Notes: a model not told the origin generated them from the sequence alone. Shown: positions 1-12,808, counted from the first letter of the whole stretch. The stretch: 63,127 nt of DNA, filler included, from Hyphochytrium catenoides (GCA_900088475.1; 8 parts of 8 records of this genome joined end to end with filler, not necessarily neighbours in it); one strand, 5' to 3'. Numbers and translations are program-made.

Positions 1-33
<33 letters not shown>

Positions 34-296
34 GTCTCTCTCTCTTTCTTTCTCATGATTCTTATGTGAGCTTCCCTCTCTCGTCTCTTCATTCAGTGCA
101 GTAACAGCCAAGGAGGTAGCCGTTGGATTGGCCGTTTTTATTATTCTCGGCACAATGGGCTATGGTTTTAGGCATTATGAGCCAGTAAAATGAGAGTTTC
201 TTATTAGTTTCGGCAAAATGAGCGGAAAGATGGGCTCCCAGCTGTTCTTCTTTCTGCAATCTTTTATCATCATCACCATCATCAAGAGTCTCACAC

Positions 297-349
<53 letters not shown>

Positions 350-1710
350 AGAGAAAGAGTGAGAGAGAGAAAATGTAGCCGCCACAAGTTCTAAGTTTTG
401 CCTCGCTCGTGCGTTGTTATCATCATAGTAGTCATCACCCTTCCGGCGGATCAACAACGAAGAAGAGAAGAAGTAGTAGTCAGAAGAAGAGAGAAGACGG
501 CCCAAGAAGAAGAGAGGGGAAACTGAAGAGAAAGACACGTACTCGTGCTTGTCCCTCCTTCTTCTTCACTAATAATGAGGATGGATGAGAAACGTGGAAG
601 AAAAAGGAAGAAGAACGAAGGAACTAGGATGCCTTATTCTCTACCACGAAGAAGAAGAAGAAGAATCGAGAAGAAGGGGAGAAGGAGTGCAACAGGTCAG
701 GCATGCAGCAGAAGAAAGAATGACAGAAAGAAGAATAATCAATAACAAGGGTACCGGGCGGAGGACGACTCCAACGCATCCTTCCACTCCTCGGTGTTTG
801 CTGGTGGTGCTAATGCCGCTACTGCTGCTCGCTGTTGGTGTCATCGCTGGTGCTGCTGCTGTGCCTTGCTCTTTCTTCTTCCTCCGCCTGTTCTCGCATC
901 GCCACCATCGGCCATCATAATAACCATCATCTCTGTTAATTGAGGCCTTTTACCGTCATTCTTCTTCATTCATCGTCATCATTTATCAGCTCCAAGCTCT
1001 TACTTCTTCATTGTCTCTTCTTCTTTTTTGTTTCTTCTCCTCCGCATCATCTCGTTCCGATCCTCTCTTCTGAAGTCCTGTTGTCTTCTCTCTATTTCTC
1101 ACACTCTCTTCAACTTTTTCTCTCCCTTTTTCTTCCCCTCTGTTTGAGCTGCTTCTTCTTCATTATTCCTCTCCCTTCCTCCCGCTCTTCTCCTCCTTCT
1201 TCTTTACTTCTCTCCCTCTCTCTCTTCTGTTGTTATTCCTTCTTCTCTCCTCTTCTCCTGTCTCAGCTCCGTCCTCCCTCCTTCCCTTCTCCCTCTTGCT
1301 CTTCCATCCTTTTCCTTCTTCGTTTCTTCTCTTCTCTCTCTTTCTCTCTCCTTTTCCTCTTCGTCCTCTTCGTCTTTTTGAGCTTGTTGCGGCTTTTATT
1401 CTTTCTCTTCCAGCACTGCTATAAAGAATCATCTCTACTATCTCCTGAGCGACTAAATCAGGACCACGCTGTATTTACTGGGGGTGTTTATTTCAGAAAA
1501 GAGTGTAAGAGGTAAAAAGCATAGATAAGATCTACGAAGAACTTTGGCCTCATTTGACTAATTGGGAAAGTTCACCGGAATAATGCGATAAAGACGGGAA
1601 GCTGTTCTTAGACTATCAGCCTCTTTCTCTCTCTCTTTCTCTCTCTCTTTCTCGCTCTTTCTCTCGTTCTCTCTGCTCTCTCTCTCTCTTTCTCTCTCTC
1701 GTTCTCTCCT

Positions 1711-1838
1711 TCTCTCTGTTCTCTCTCTCTCTTTCTCCCTTGCATCGCTGTTTCTCTCTTTCTCTCTGTCTCCTGATCTGTCTCTCGTTCTCTCTGTTCT
1801 CTCTCTCTCTTTCTCCCTTGCATCGCTGTTTCTCTCTT
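1711..1838. repeat. ~50-bp direct repeat (2 copies) inside a (CT)n tract
   Basis: TCTCTCTGTTCTCTCTCTCTCTTTCTCCCTTGCATCGCTGTTTCTCTCTTT at ~1711-1761 and ~1789-1838. Confidence 0.85.
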
Positions 1839-2701
1839 TTCTGTGGTCTTTCTCTCGCTCTCATGTCTCTTTTAAATAAACTCATCTTGACCAGTTCTTC
1901 TTTGCCTCTCCCTTCCTCTCTTGACTCCTTTTACTCTCTCTCTCTCTCTCTCTCCTTCGCTCTCTCTTGTTTCCTCTAGCCAGGTTCTGATGACACAGAT
2001 ACTGTCAACAGGATTTTACTTCTTTCTTCGTTTGTTGTCTCTTTCTGCCCTAGTGGTCTCTTCAGTACAACTGCCCTACTCTTTTTTCATCACTTCTTTC
2101 TCCGTGTTTCCCCGCATTGTCTTCATCTATTTTCTTCGTGTGCGTCTCTCACTCTCTCTCTCTCTCACTGTCTGTCTCTTGCATATTGTCTCTCTTGCTT
2201 CTCTCTCTCTCTTTGTGGCTGCACTCTCTCTCCGTCTCTTTTGGTTCCTCTTCTTCCTCTTTCAATCTCCTGCTCTTCTTCTCTCCTTTTTGCTTTTGGG
2301 GAGGCTATGCCAAGTGAGAAAGCAAACGAGAGGAGGTCGCTGAGAACTGAGAAGAGAGAGAGAGAGAAGAGCAAGAGAGAGAGCAAGAGAGAGAGCAAGA
2401 GAGAGAGAGAGAGAGGGAGAAAGGAGAGACTTTAGGTAGAGGATGACGGCGCGGCCCCGGCCCCATTTCATCTTGCCGGCGGCCTGTAGACCTCCTTACT
2501 TTCCAATAAACTCAATCTTGCTCTTTCATGCATGCAGCAGACCCTTCTTCCCTTTCTCCCGACAGGACTCTCAGTCTCTATTCTTTCAATCTCTCTCTCT
2601 CTCTCTCTCTCCTCCCGTTTTTGCTTTTCTCTCTCTCTCTTTCGTAGGTCAAAGCACTTGGGGAGAAGAGAGAGCAGGCGCTAAAACCTTCAGAAGCAAC
2701 A

Positions 2702-4434
2702 ATGGGCGAAGAGCCAGCCGGTGGTGCAGGAGCAGAAGGAGAGAGAAACCTAGCGGATGACGTCTCCTCTCCCTGCAAAAGTAGCGCAACAGCTTCGCGC
2801 GTTGTCTCCGGCGGAGTGGGAACGTCTCTCTTCTCTTCTTCTTTTTCCTCTTCTCTCTCTCCCGCTGAACGCCAGCAAGGAGAGAGAGGAAAAGAGGGAA
2901 GGGAGAAAGAAGAAGGAGAACGTAGGGAGGAGACGGTGTTTGACACGTCTCTCGGGAGAGAGGAGGAGTTCCCTTCTTCTTCTCTCTTTCTTCAGCTAGT
3001 CGACTTCAGACTGACATCTCTCTCTCCTTCACGAGAGAGAGAGACAGCTTCCAAGAAGACGCTGCAGATAGAGGCTGTTTTGAGACTTAAGGCGAGGCAG
3101 GGGAAGAGAGAAGAGACTGAAGAAACCACGGAGAACAAGAGGGAAAGAGAGAGAAGAGAAGAAATAGAATGGAAGATTGTCTCTTCTCTTTCGGACCTTG
3201 TCCGTCACGTTGATTCTGTCCGCTCTGTCTTCACAGTGGACCAAGGAAAGGGACTCTTATCTCAGCGCTACTGCCAGCGATGCTTCCTTCTCTCTCGACT
3301 CTTCGAGTACGTCAATCTCTCCAAGAGAGGCGTGAAAAAGGAGAGAGAAGAGGAGAAGAAGAGACAACTTCTTCTCTTCTTCTATGGAAGGCTCACGGAT
3401 CTCTTCAATCTGATGCACAGCATCCCTCTCTCTCCTCCCTGTTCCTGCACTGTTTGCGACTCTTTCCTCTTTGAGACTCTTCCCTTGACTTTCTTGCAGA
3501 TGCCTGAAGGCACAATAGAGAGAGTTCTCTCTTTTTCTCTTTCTTCTTCTTCTTCTTCTGGAATCTCTCCTCCTGGCTTACGTCTCTCTCCTCCTGCTCC
3601 TCCGCCCTCTTCTTCTTCTCTCTCCGCCTACCGCTCAGCCCCTTCTTTCGCTAACAAATTCTTAAAGAAGATGGGCATGGCGGGAGAAGGAGAGAAAATG
3701 AACTTCCGTCCTCAGGTTCTTCTCTCTTCTCTCTCTCTCCTTGCAAAGAGGAGGAAAGGGTTGAGGTTGGAAGTAAAGGAGGTAACGGTAGAGAGAGAGA
3801 CAAGAAAGGTGAGCTTCATTGTCTCTCAGACTGAGGTCATAACGCTGGAAAAGACAGACGAAGAGGAGGAGAGAACCGAACTGACGAGAGAAGAGAAGAA
3901 AGAGTGGAAGATACGCACGGACATGGAAGACATTCGAGGTTTGGCTCTTGGGGTTCGCGGTTACTTTGAAGACTATGAGAGAAACAGGAGACTCTTCTCC
4001 TGCACGCACTGCGACCAACTTCTCTCTCTCTGGGAGCAGGTCCGCTCTTTGAGACTCTTTCTGGATAAGATTCAGGGGAAGGGAAGAGAAGAGAGTCTGA
4101 CCAGCTTTCTTTCTTCTCTTTGTGGAGCTATCGCGCGGCATACGAGAGAGACGAGGAACCTCAGCTCCTTCTGCTCGGGTGCTATGTCCTCCATAGGCAA
4201 TTCTCTGCCAAGCTCTTAGGCCTCTCCTTCTGCCTGCATGGCTTTGAGCAGGAGAAGAAGGCGGAGGCGGCGGGAGAGAGAGAGGAGACAAAAGAAGACC
4301 CGTCCCCGTGCTCGCGTGACGGCTGTCTCCTCTGTCAGATCATGAACAAGAGCCATCCTGCGGCCAGGCGGTTGTGCAGTTTGAGAGATGGGGCCGCCTT
4401 CTTCTTGAAAAGGACGTGGCTTATGGGAGGCTAA
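2702..4434 (+). CDS. Hypothetical protein with two internally repeated, possibly PX-like, Cys-containing units; probable 2-nt frameshift at ~4118
   Basis: The 505-aa ORF has two similar units: EWKIVSSLSDL...YCQRCFLL...CSCTVC and EWKIRTDMEDI...FSCTHCDQLL. Removing one CT at 4118-4119 joins it to ORF 4120-4434 (SFLSSLWSYRAAY...GCYVLH...CSRDGCLLC), which completes the second unit. The PX-like call rests only on the W-x-I/V...helix pattern. Confidence 0.6.
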
Positions 4435-4436
4435 CA

Positions 4437-4479
<43 letters not shown>

Positions 4480-5399
4480 CTCTTTCTCTTTTCCTCCATC
4501 TCTACCTGAAAACGGGGCCACATCGCCTTCTCTTCCTGCTTAACATCGACTACCAAGAGCGAGGCAGCAAGATTTTTGCCCCTTTCTCTTCTCTAGAAGA
4601 TCCCACCTTCTACTCGCCCTGCGTTCAACATCCACCTCGGTCTCTCCTTTCCCTTCGTGACCATTCTATCTTTTATCGTTCTCTTCTTCTTTCTTGGCAA
4701 TTCTTTCGTCTTGTTCTCCACGCTTCTCTCTGATATTCCTCTCTTTTCGTCTATCTCTTTCCTCTCTGGCCGCTCGCCTCTCTGCTCGATAGACTAACAA
4801 GAATGGAAGTCAATAACAAAGGGATCTTCATTGTCGGGGTACGACCTCTGTCTTCTAGATGCCACGGACGGTCGGCCGCCTCGTGTCCTTTGCCTTTCCC
4901 TTTAGTGAGGGGAAAGTGGAGCCCGACGGCATCATTATTCTTCCTCCGAAAGAGAGACAGAGAGAGAGAGAGAATGAGAGAAAGAAAGAGAGAGAGAAGG
5001 AGAGAGAGAGAGAGAGTAGGAACAGAAGACACACATTCCTGCTAGACGAAGGCACTATCCTCCTTATTAATATTCTCCTTCTTGCTTGCCCTTGCCCATT
5101 ACGTCGATCCAGGACAGAACAGCTGGGACGACAGAAGTCACCATCTTCCTCCTAGAGCCTATCGTCTTTCTCTCTCTCTCTCCCCGTCCCGCATGAAAGG
5201 ATCTACGTAATGGGCAAAGGCAAGGGCGAGCCCAAGCAGGGAACAAAGCAGTGAGTTGGCTTATTAACTTATCAGGGCATGCTTGACCATCCGCTGCAAG
5301 GTTTCCTTAAGCTTATCGTCTCTCTTTTCTGTCTTTGGCACTCCGCCCTACCATCAGCTTCTTCTCTTCTTTCCTATCATCATCATGATATCTCTGACA

Positions 5400-7350
5400 T
5401 ACGACTCCCTCCTCCCTGATCCTGGGAGACTCACGACAGACTGGCGACAAGCATGCTGCCATGGTAGAAAGAGGACTAAACGCAAGTGTCTGTTGTCTCC
5501 TCAAACTTTCTTCTCCCTCTCTCTTAATATTAGCAGCCCTCGTCCTGCCCGTCCTTGCAGATGCTCTCGTCCACCAGCTAGGCTCAGCAATGCATGAGCC
5601 CTGCGTCCATGATGGAGCTATAGCTCTGACTCTCTCCCTTTGGGCGGAATATGTCTGCCACTTTCTCCCCTCAAATATCGTCAAAGTCTATCTTTTTCAT
5701 CAGCGTTGCCACATGCTCAGGAAGACAACGACGCTACCTTTCTCAGGGCCGATCATCATTCATTGCTTGGCCCAATCATTCACTCGCTGCGGACTCAACA
5801 AGGAAAATTATCGTAGGATGATCGGAGGACAAAGCGCGCTACTTCCTCTTCCGTTATCATCTTTCTGTTATCATACGTCGATAGGATGCTGAAGATCTGG
5901 ACAGCTTTGTCATCTTTCTGCACGTTGCAGCACTGAGAATGTAGACTGCTGCCGCAACCGCCAGATGTCGTTCTGCTGCTATACCGCCTCACCCGGTTCA
6001 CTCCATCCGCACCGTTGTCCCGGCTAAGGACGGTCATCATCTGCATCAGCTGGGCCGATGGCGGCACGACCTATTGTCAAATAGAGCGCTGAGGGGAGAG
6101 ATCAACAGCAAAGCCCGTGCGTAGCTCCTTCTTCGAGAAACGGAGCGTTATCAGCACACATTCTCTCTCAGCATCTAGAGCTCTTCGCAAGATCTCTCCT
6201 TCAATCTCTATCCACCTCTCTGTGGTCTCGCTCAGCAGGAAGTAAGCAAGCCTCTTTCCTTCCTCTTCTAATACTACTTTTCTTCTGCTCTAGGACGACC
6301 GATGGGACGATGAAGGTCTGCATTGATGATGACCTTTGCTGGCTGCTGATCATAGTGAGACAGAGGCAAGAGCAAACAGGTTGCTCGAGTAACCCCTTCC
6401 AAGCACAAAGACTTATATCTCAGCAAGCAGCGAAGGTGGTTCAGCAGCAGGAGAGAAGAGACGAGGGCTAGTCAGCCTCGCAGCAGGATGATTGAGGGAA
6501 GAAGAAACAGCCAAATGTCTTAAGACGTCGCCCTCTCATCTCAATCGTCAGCAGCCTCCTGCTAGTGAAACAATCTTCTTCTCCCATCATCCATGAGAGA
6601 AGGATCATGATGGTGATTGAGATCTGTACGACGGGATCGATGCAGTTGTCGCCGAAGAAGAGCGGTGAGGAAAGAGAAGCAGATCATCACTAAGTAACGC
6701 GCTATGTGACATGCGGGCCGGAGAAGATGTGCTCAGCCTTAACAACGGACAATCACCGGTTGATAGAGTCGAGGCTTTGCAGAAGGGAAGGAGACAGCAG
6801 GAGGCATAAGAACAACTAGACTACTTCTCTTTTGCAGCCGCAGAGCCCCTTGCAACTGCTCTTATTGCAGTGGCGCTTGTCAGGCAAATCTGTGCAGCAG
6901 GAACATGATGCTGATGATGATCTGCCCATATTCTTCTTATAACACTATCATCGCTGGTCTGAGACTCCAGGTGCTGATGATGTCTCGACCTGTCTGCAGC
7001 AGGAAGCACGAAGTGCTCGAGAGGACGGTCAGTGTCTAGAGCCTTCCAACGGTCGAGTATCTTCATCTTCTTATCCAATCTAGCGATGTGATCCCTCCTT
7101 CTTATCATGATGTGACGTCTATCTACGACTGAGAGAAAGAGAGAGATCACCGGCCTTGGAGCCGACGGATGGACTGTTACTCATCCTCCTATCTCCTTCC
7201 CTCCCGTTTGCCCGCCCTTATTCGTCTCTGGCTTAGGAACTAGGGTCGCCCGGTTACGTCGGATGATGGAAGCCGTGCTAAGGATCCGAACGACGAAGAG
7301 AAACCCATGAGAGAAGGAATCATCGAGAGTAAGATGCGCTGCTCCTCCTG
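5400..7350 (-). mobile_element. Decayed DIRS/PAT-like retrotransposon pol (RT, RNase H, MT-like domain)
   Basis: Minus-strand motifs occur in the canonical order across stops and frameshifts. RT: PVISLFLSVV...KKMKILD.WKALD...EHFVLP (7155-7000), YASCCLLPF (6809-6783), YL[gt]DDLLLF (6696-6671). RNase H: DADD..GW (~6047-6000), LH.SVLQRA (5944-5919), YDN (5875-5867), *VRSE/VNDWA (5797-5769). MT-like: I*GEKVADIF (5676-5647), AFSPLS (5483-5466). Confidence 0.65.
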
Positions 7351-9499
7351 GCAAAGGGAAGAGAAGATAGGACCATAATGTCATCTCTGGCGGTGGGCGG
7401 TGGGCCTCAAATGATAGGATAGACCCTGAATATTATGCACATCCTCATCCTCATGCTGCTGCTTACTAACTAACCGAGTGTGATGACGTACTGAGACAAC
7501 CGTATGAAGATCCATCAGGATGGCAGGGCGACGGGGATATAACGCTTGCCCTACCTGCTTCGTCAAGTGCTTCCACTCTCCCTCTGCTGGTGCCTAGCTG
7601 ACAGGCAGGGTGCAGATCTTCTTGCATAACTTGCTTGATATGAGTGGATAGTTGGCGGCAAGAGTAAGTGAGAAGAGACTACACTCCCTGCTGAGAAGCA
7701 CATGCTTCGTCGTGCCTCTCTCTCTTATCATCTCAGCATTAACAGTAGAGAAGACTTCTCACGTCTGTCCATGACCATTACGTTCAAGGGCTTGTCTTCG
7801 CCATCCCGTATTATGATGTGCTTGTTCATGGAAGATGAGGTCAAGGCTTAAGACGGGCGGAGAGGATGGAATAGAGACAGACAGACAAGTAACGCCTTGA
7901 AGTCTCATACCGTCTGAGAGGCCTCTCCCGGTAGGCTAGCCTTCTTCTGGAGACAAACGCTACGCTTCCGACCATTGCAGACCATGAAAGGGAACACCTG
8001 CAGCACATCTAAGCTTGGCTCTTGCGGGCTAACGGTGATGACGAAAAATAAAAATAGAAGCAAAGGGTTATATGCTAGAATAAAGGTGTCCTTTAACCGC
8101 CGAACGTCACGTCAATCCTTCCCGGCGCCCAGGAGCTCATCATCAACTGTCTGACTGACCGAGAGAGTCCTTTTATGTCCATGTGGGAAGAATAGGTGAA
8201 GTATGTGAATCCAGGAGAGAGAGGCACAAGAGACCTTCGCTTCCTGGAAGAAAGACGCGTCTCTTCTCGTCTCACGATAGAGCTCATGATCGTGATCTAA
8301 ACGAAAGCGAGTGCCTGCTGCTGCTGATGGACAGCTGGTGGCTAATAGATGATGATGGGATATCATGATGAGCCTGTAGATAGCCTGGTGACCGACATAG
8401 AGCACCGCTGGTCACCAGCCCTTGTCCAGCAGGACAAACCAACGCCGGAACGGCATACCGTTTCTTCCTTTGAGGCACGTGGCGCATCCGCCTCAGTATC
8501 GTTACTAAGTGTCTTGGTCCTGACGTCACAGGTCTACGATTGGAGTCAACGATGTGAGGCATATCTATCTATTACCTCTTATCGCCCTCCCTCGCTCTCC
8601 GAGTAAGTTCACATCTCCCCCTTAAATCTGCTGCAGCAGCGTCCGAAGAAAGACAAAGGCACTGACGCTTTACACTGCCATTAAAGATCAACATTCCTGG
8701 CCCCTTTGTGCGCCAGCAGCTTAGTTAGCCAAGCGGAGTACGGGATGGATGGCTGGAGACAGCAAGCTGTCCAACTTTCCAAGACTTTACACTGGCGCCT
8801 AGAGTCTTCTTCTCTAAAGGTAACGAGACTCAACCAGTTCCAAAAAACAAAGCCACTAATCGGCGCTGGTCAACTTCAATCATCATGCGTTTCCATGAGA
8901 AAGAGGCACGTGCCCGTGTTTGATACTTTTTGCTCTTTGCCTCCATGTACGACTTCCACGCAGGAACCGCTGCAGAGGAAAGTCTGTGGCTCTGCCCCGC
9001 TCTCTATCATAATTGAGAGCCTTCACTGACTACTGGCGACGAGAGGAATAGAGCTGAAAAAGGCCAATGTAAAGATAGTAGGCAGGAGGAAGCTGAGTGC
9101 CGTACAATGAGGACTCTATCTCAATCGTCCCAGCAAGGAAAAGCAAACCCTTCCCGCACGGTGATCGTCAGGCAATCAGCATCATTGTGCAGAAAGACCT
9201 CGGGGTTTGAGGAAGTGTGCTTTTCTTTTGCACATCTGCTACGATGAAAAGGTTGAGAGAGATCGACACTCTCTCTTGCTTCCCCAGATCTGCTTACTGT
9301 GCATGAAACTGACCTCTGAGAACAGAGAACTATGTCAACAATAACTTCAGGATTGTCACCTAGAGAGAGCAAAAGCGTACTCTCAGGAATCTCTCCTACG
9401 CTTCCGTCATCCTCTGGGTTGAAGAGGTCGTCAAGGGACAGGACAAACGAGGTCATATTGCTGTTGCTAACATCAGGATAGAAGTAGCTGGAGAAGAAG

Positions 9500-9760
9500 G
9501 AGGGATAAGCCCGGTCGCTCTCATGATAACAGGAAGCTTATGTGCATAACGGATGCCGCAACGGGCAACCTAGAGATAGTGCTTCTGCTGCTTGGCTATT
9601 GTGCTTCATGCCGTCTCTCCGGCCCGCTTTTTCTCGCTTGTCCCATAAGGGGCGAAGGAACGCATTGCACGGGTGATGCGCTGAGCACCTCCTACCTCAT
9701 CAGATGTATGAGGAGCAGGTAGGCACCTTTATTTTATTTGGCCAGAGAACTGAGCTCCTG
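9500..9760 (+). pseudogene. Ankyrin-repeat relic
   Basis: AATGNLEIVLLLLGYCAS (~9556-9609) matches the ankyrin consensus AA..GNLEIV.LLL.YGA. Frame-shifted GRRNALH and APLFYLA follow. Confidence 0.45.
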
Positions 9761-10619
9761 CAGGGCCTGACTCACTCGGTCGAAGGATCAGTGCTATAAA
9801 TATAAACAGTGAAGCGAGGGGACAATCACCATCCCTACCGTTATACGGTAGGTTATCAACAGATCCACAGGCGGAAGGGCGTTAGAGGCACGCGCACGGC
9901 GGGGCGGTTACTGTTTCATCGGCAACACAAAAGCTCTCTGTTCACTGATCAGGGCTGATCACCATCCTGCCGACTGGTTGTTGGTCGTGGTGAGCACAAG
10001 GACAAAGATCAAACGGGAACAGAATAGACCACAAGCCGATACGACGAGCCGAGTGATCATAACGGTCTAGAATCCTTAGAACGCAGTGGATGATGTTAAG
10101 CTCACTCACACGTGCTCATCAGCATATAGCAGAAAGCACCTTCAGAGATAGAGGCAGATAGATGACCTAGCTCCGGATGGCTAGCAGGCTGAGCTAGCTT
10201 GGGAAATCTTAGGTAGGATAATGAGACAGTACGATCAACAAGAGAGGAGTCGACCGACCGCCGAGGACCGTCATCAACTTTTCAGCAGATGGCCAGGTCA
10301 TGCATGGCCCTTGTAAGAGAAGAACCCGCTATTTCCACTTAAGTGAGACTAGCTGACTACTCTTTTTAGAGGAGAGAGAAGAAGGTACAGAGAAGAAAAA
10401 GGAGAAGAGAAGGACGACGAAGCAGCAGCAGAAGAAGAGACACCAAGAGCTATGAAGCCTTGATCTCTTCGTCAACTCTACCTTGTCCACGTTCGGTATA
10501 GTTCTATAAACAATAGAGAAAAAAGTTGCTCTTCCTCTATAAGAACAATGGGAGGAGAAGGACGACAAAGAGACAACAAGGCGCTGCTAGGAATATAAAC
10601 ACAACGATAAAAGAAATAG

Positions 10620-11000
10620 TTCTACCTTAGCCACGAGCCACGACTCATCTTTCTACATTGGAACCACTGTCCTGGTCGAACTCCCTAGTTCTCTAGCCTG
10701 ACAAGCAACTCACCGTCTACTTTCTGCAAGCATTAGTTTTGCTCACGAAGCTATGGAAGGACAGAAGTCCGTCGATTGAACTTGGCGACCAGGCTGTGCA
10801 TACAACCTCATAAATGTTTTATAGATGATGATAAAAGTAGAAGAGTTGTTCTACGACTGCTCAAGCAGGGTGTTTGGCCTCTGAGGGCGTAGGGCTTTGA
10901 TAAAATTCTTGCAGTGCTTTCCCATAGAAGCACTAACAAATTTAAAGCACTGCAGAGCCAGGTAGAGTTCATCATCGACCAGCGGACCTAGGATCTGGGT
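10620..11000 (-). pseudogene. Possible Ulp1/C48 SUMO-protease-like relic
   Basis: Degenerate motifs in Ulp1 order: LVDDEL, FVS/CFYGKAL, a His-containing strand, IDGL, then DQDSG..C.R*VV. Several indels and stops are needed to read them. Confidence 0.3.
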
Positions 11001-11579
11001 GGAACATGTTCATGACTTCAGTCTGACTGAGTGAGAGTGTCCAGCCCACGGCCAAGCCCAAGATAGAAGGTCGTGCCGAGAAAAATGCACCTCTTCTAGT
11101 AAATTCTATAACCGTTTGCCTAGTGTACCATCTGCTGCTTCCTTCCTTACTTTCTGACTTTTCTCTACTATTCACCTTCCTCCTTTTACCTCATCTTCTT
11201 TCTTTCTTCATCTTTTACTTCTTCTTAGTAGACATTAGTAGTAGTACTTCTTCTTAGCAGCAAATGTATAGAAAAAAAAAGATCACCACGCTGATAGTGA
11301 TGATGTTTGGTGCGTGCTCCTTTCCTTTGCTTTTCTCTTAGATTATGATTTCTGAGAAACCCCTAATGATTATGCTACTTGCTTTTCTGATAGTAATGAT
11401 CAAGGGACGTGGGCTGAAGAAGCCAAGAGTTGGTAGCTTTTACCTTTCTCGTTCTCCTCCTTCTCTTCTCTTCTTCTTCTTCTTTATTTCTTCTCCTTCT
11501 TTTTCTTCTTCTTCTTCGTTTTCTTCCCCTTCTTCTTGTTCTCTAGTTTCTTCTTCTCAATTCTCTTGTTCTTCTGCCC

Positions 11580-12150
11580 ACTAGCTACTAGTTTACATCC
11601 GTGATTGATAATGTGTCTTGTGCTTGTTCTTCCCTTCTGGCTAAAGGATAAGCTCCTAGAATAGCTCATTGAGTAAGGTGACGGATTCAGCCCAATCAAT
11701 GCACACAGGCTCACTGCCGTTCTCCTTAGTGGTTTATGTATTGAAGAAGTCGTGCTCCTGTACCAAAAAAAAAGGGTCGTACAGTCCTATGTGTAGGCAC
11801 ATAAAGAAGGGTGAAAACGACCATAAGCGGAAACCTCTTGGCTTTGTTATACATATTCAGCTGCTAGGAAACAATCTAGAAGTATATCTTAGATAGGCGA
11901 TTCTGACAAGCTACACCACACCTCCTTGGCTAATAATACTCATAATCCACACATCCACTTGACTTACAGCAGATGGCTATGTTGGGCGTCCTCTCACTGC
12001 TCCAAGGCTGGTGTTGAACAGCATGAAGGAGAGATCCCTGGCTAACAATGACTTCTTCTTCTTTTTCTTCTTTTACTTCTTCTAGTAGTGAGCTATAGTA
12101 GTACTCTCTCTTATTCCTCTGTAAACATATACGGCAGGGCTTTGTAGCTC
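11580..12150 (-). pseudogene. SET-domain (AWS/pre-SET + SET) histone methyltransferase relic
   Basis: Cys cluster CCKSSGCVDYEYY*PRRCGVACQNR (11972-11897), then GFRLWS, then YSMSY...QKGRTSTRHIINHGC (11615-11595), which resembles KGN.ARFINHSC. Interrupted by stops and frameshifts. Confidence 0.55.
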
Positions 12151-12169
12151 TGGTATCCTCTTCACTGCT

Positions 12170-12398
12170 CTTCTTCTTGTCCTTCTTCTTCTTCTCCTTC
12201 TTCTTCACCTTCTTCTTCACCTTCTTCTTCACCTTCTTCGTCTTATATTTCTTCGTCTCCTCCTCCCCCTTCTTCTTCTTCTTCTTCTTCTTCTCCTTCT
12301 TCATTCTTCTCCTTTTCCTCCTCCTTCTTCTTCTTCTCCTTCTTCTTCTCCTTCTTCTTCTCCTTCTTCTTCTCCTTCTTCTTCACTTCCTTCTTCTT
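12170..12398. repeat. (CTT)n/(CTC)n trinucleotide low-complexity tract
   Basis: Runs of CTTCTTCTT and a CTTCTTCTTCAC unit repeated 3 times. On the minus strand it reads as a K/E-rich stretch upstream of the SET relic. Confidence 0.9.
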
Positions 12399-12673
12399 AG
12401 TTAGTTAGAGCAGCGATAAAAGATATAATAAAAGAAAAAACAATGACTATAGACCCAAAACCCTGCTTTGTCAGCTGAGGGTAAAACAGTAATAATAGTG
12501 CATCTTGTATGGAGCTACTACATGTACTACTACACTTGCCGTTTTATCAGCTGACGATAAAACAGTAGTATATAAATTAGCAAAAAGTGACAAGTGTTGG
12601 CTAAGACGGCCGGACCGGCTAGGACGGCTATTTATCCCTCAGTGGTACCACAAAGAGAAACCAGGGTACACGG

Positions 12674-12808
12674 CACTACGATTGTTTTATAAAACGGCCT
12701 GTCTGGAGTCACCAAAATATCATAATAATAGGGCTTTTTTGCTGTTTTTTGTGATAACTAGCCAAACGTGAAGTGAGGGATCCTGTTTTTATAAAATGAT
12801 TACTAGTG
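12674..12808. mobile_element. 135-bp segment bounded by imperfect inverted repeats with CACTA...TAGTG ends
   Basis: Left end is CACTACGATTGTTTTATAAAAC. The reverse complement of the right end is CACTAGTAATCATTTTATAAAAAC. No 3-bp TSD is visible (CGG vs AGC). Confidence 0.35.

Noticed and set aside
870-935. Minus-strand DGRWWRC resembling a WRC or IS1595/Merlin zinc-ribbon motif
   Set aside because: It is surrounded by stops and low-complexity sequence, with no other ligands or DDE motifs seen.
7385-7440. Plus-strand GGRWAS...EYY resembling a tyrosine recombinase C-terminus
   Set aside because: There is no upstream H.LR motif, and the rest of the recombinase would overlap the minus-strand RT. 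Probably chance.
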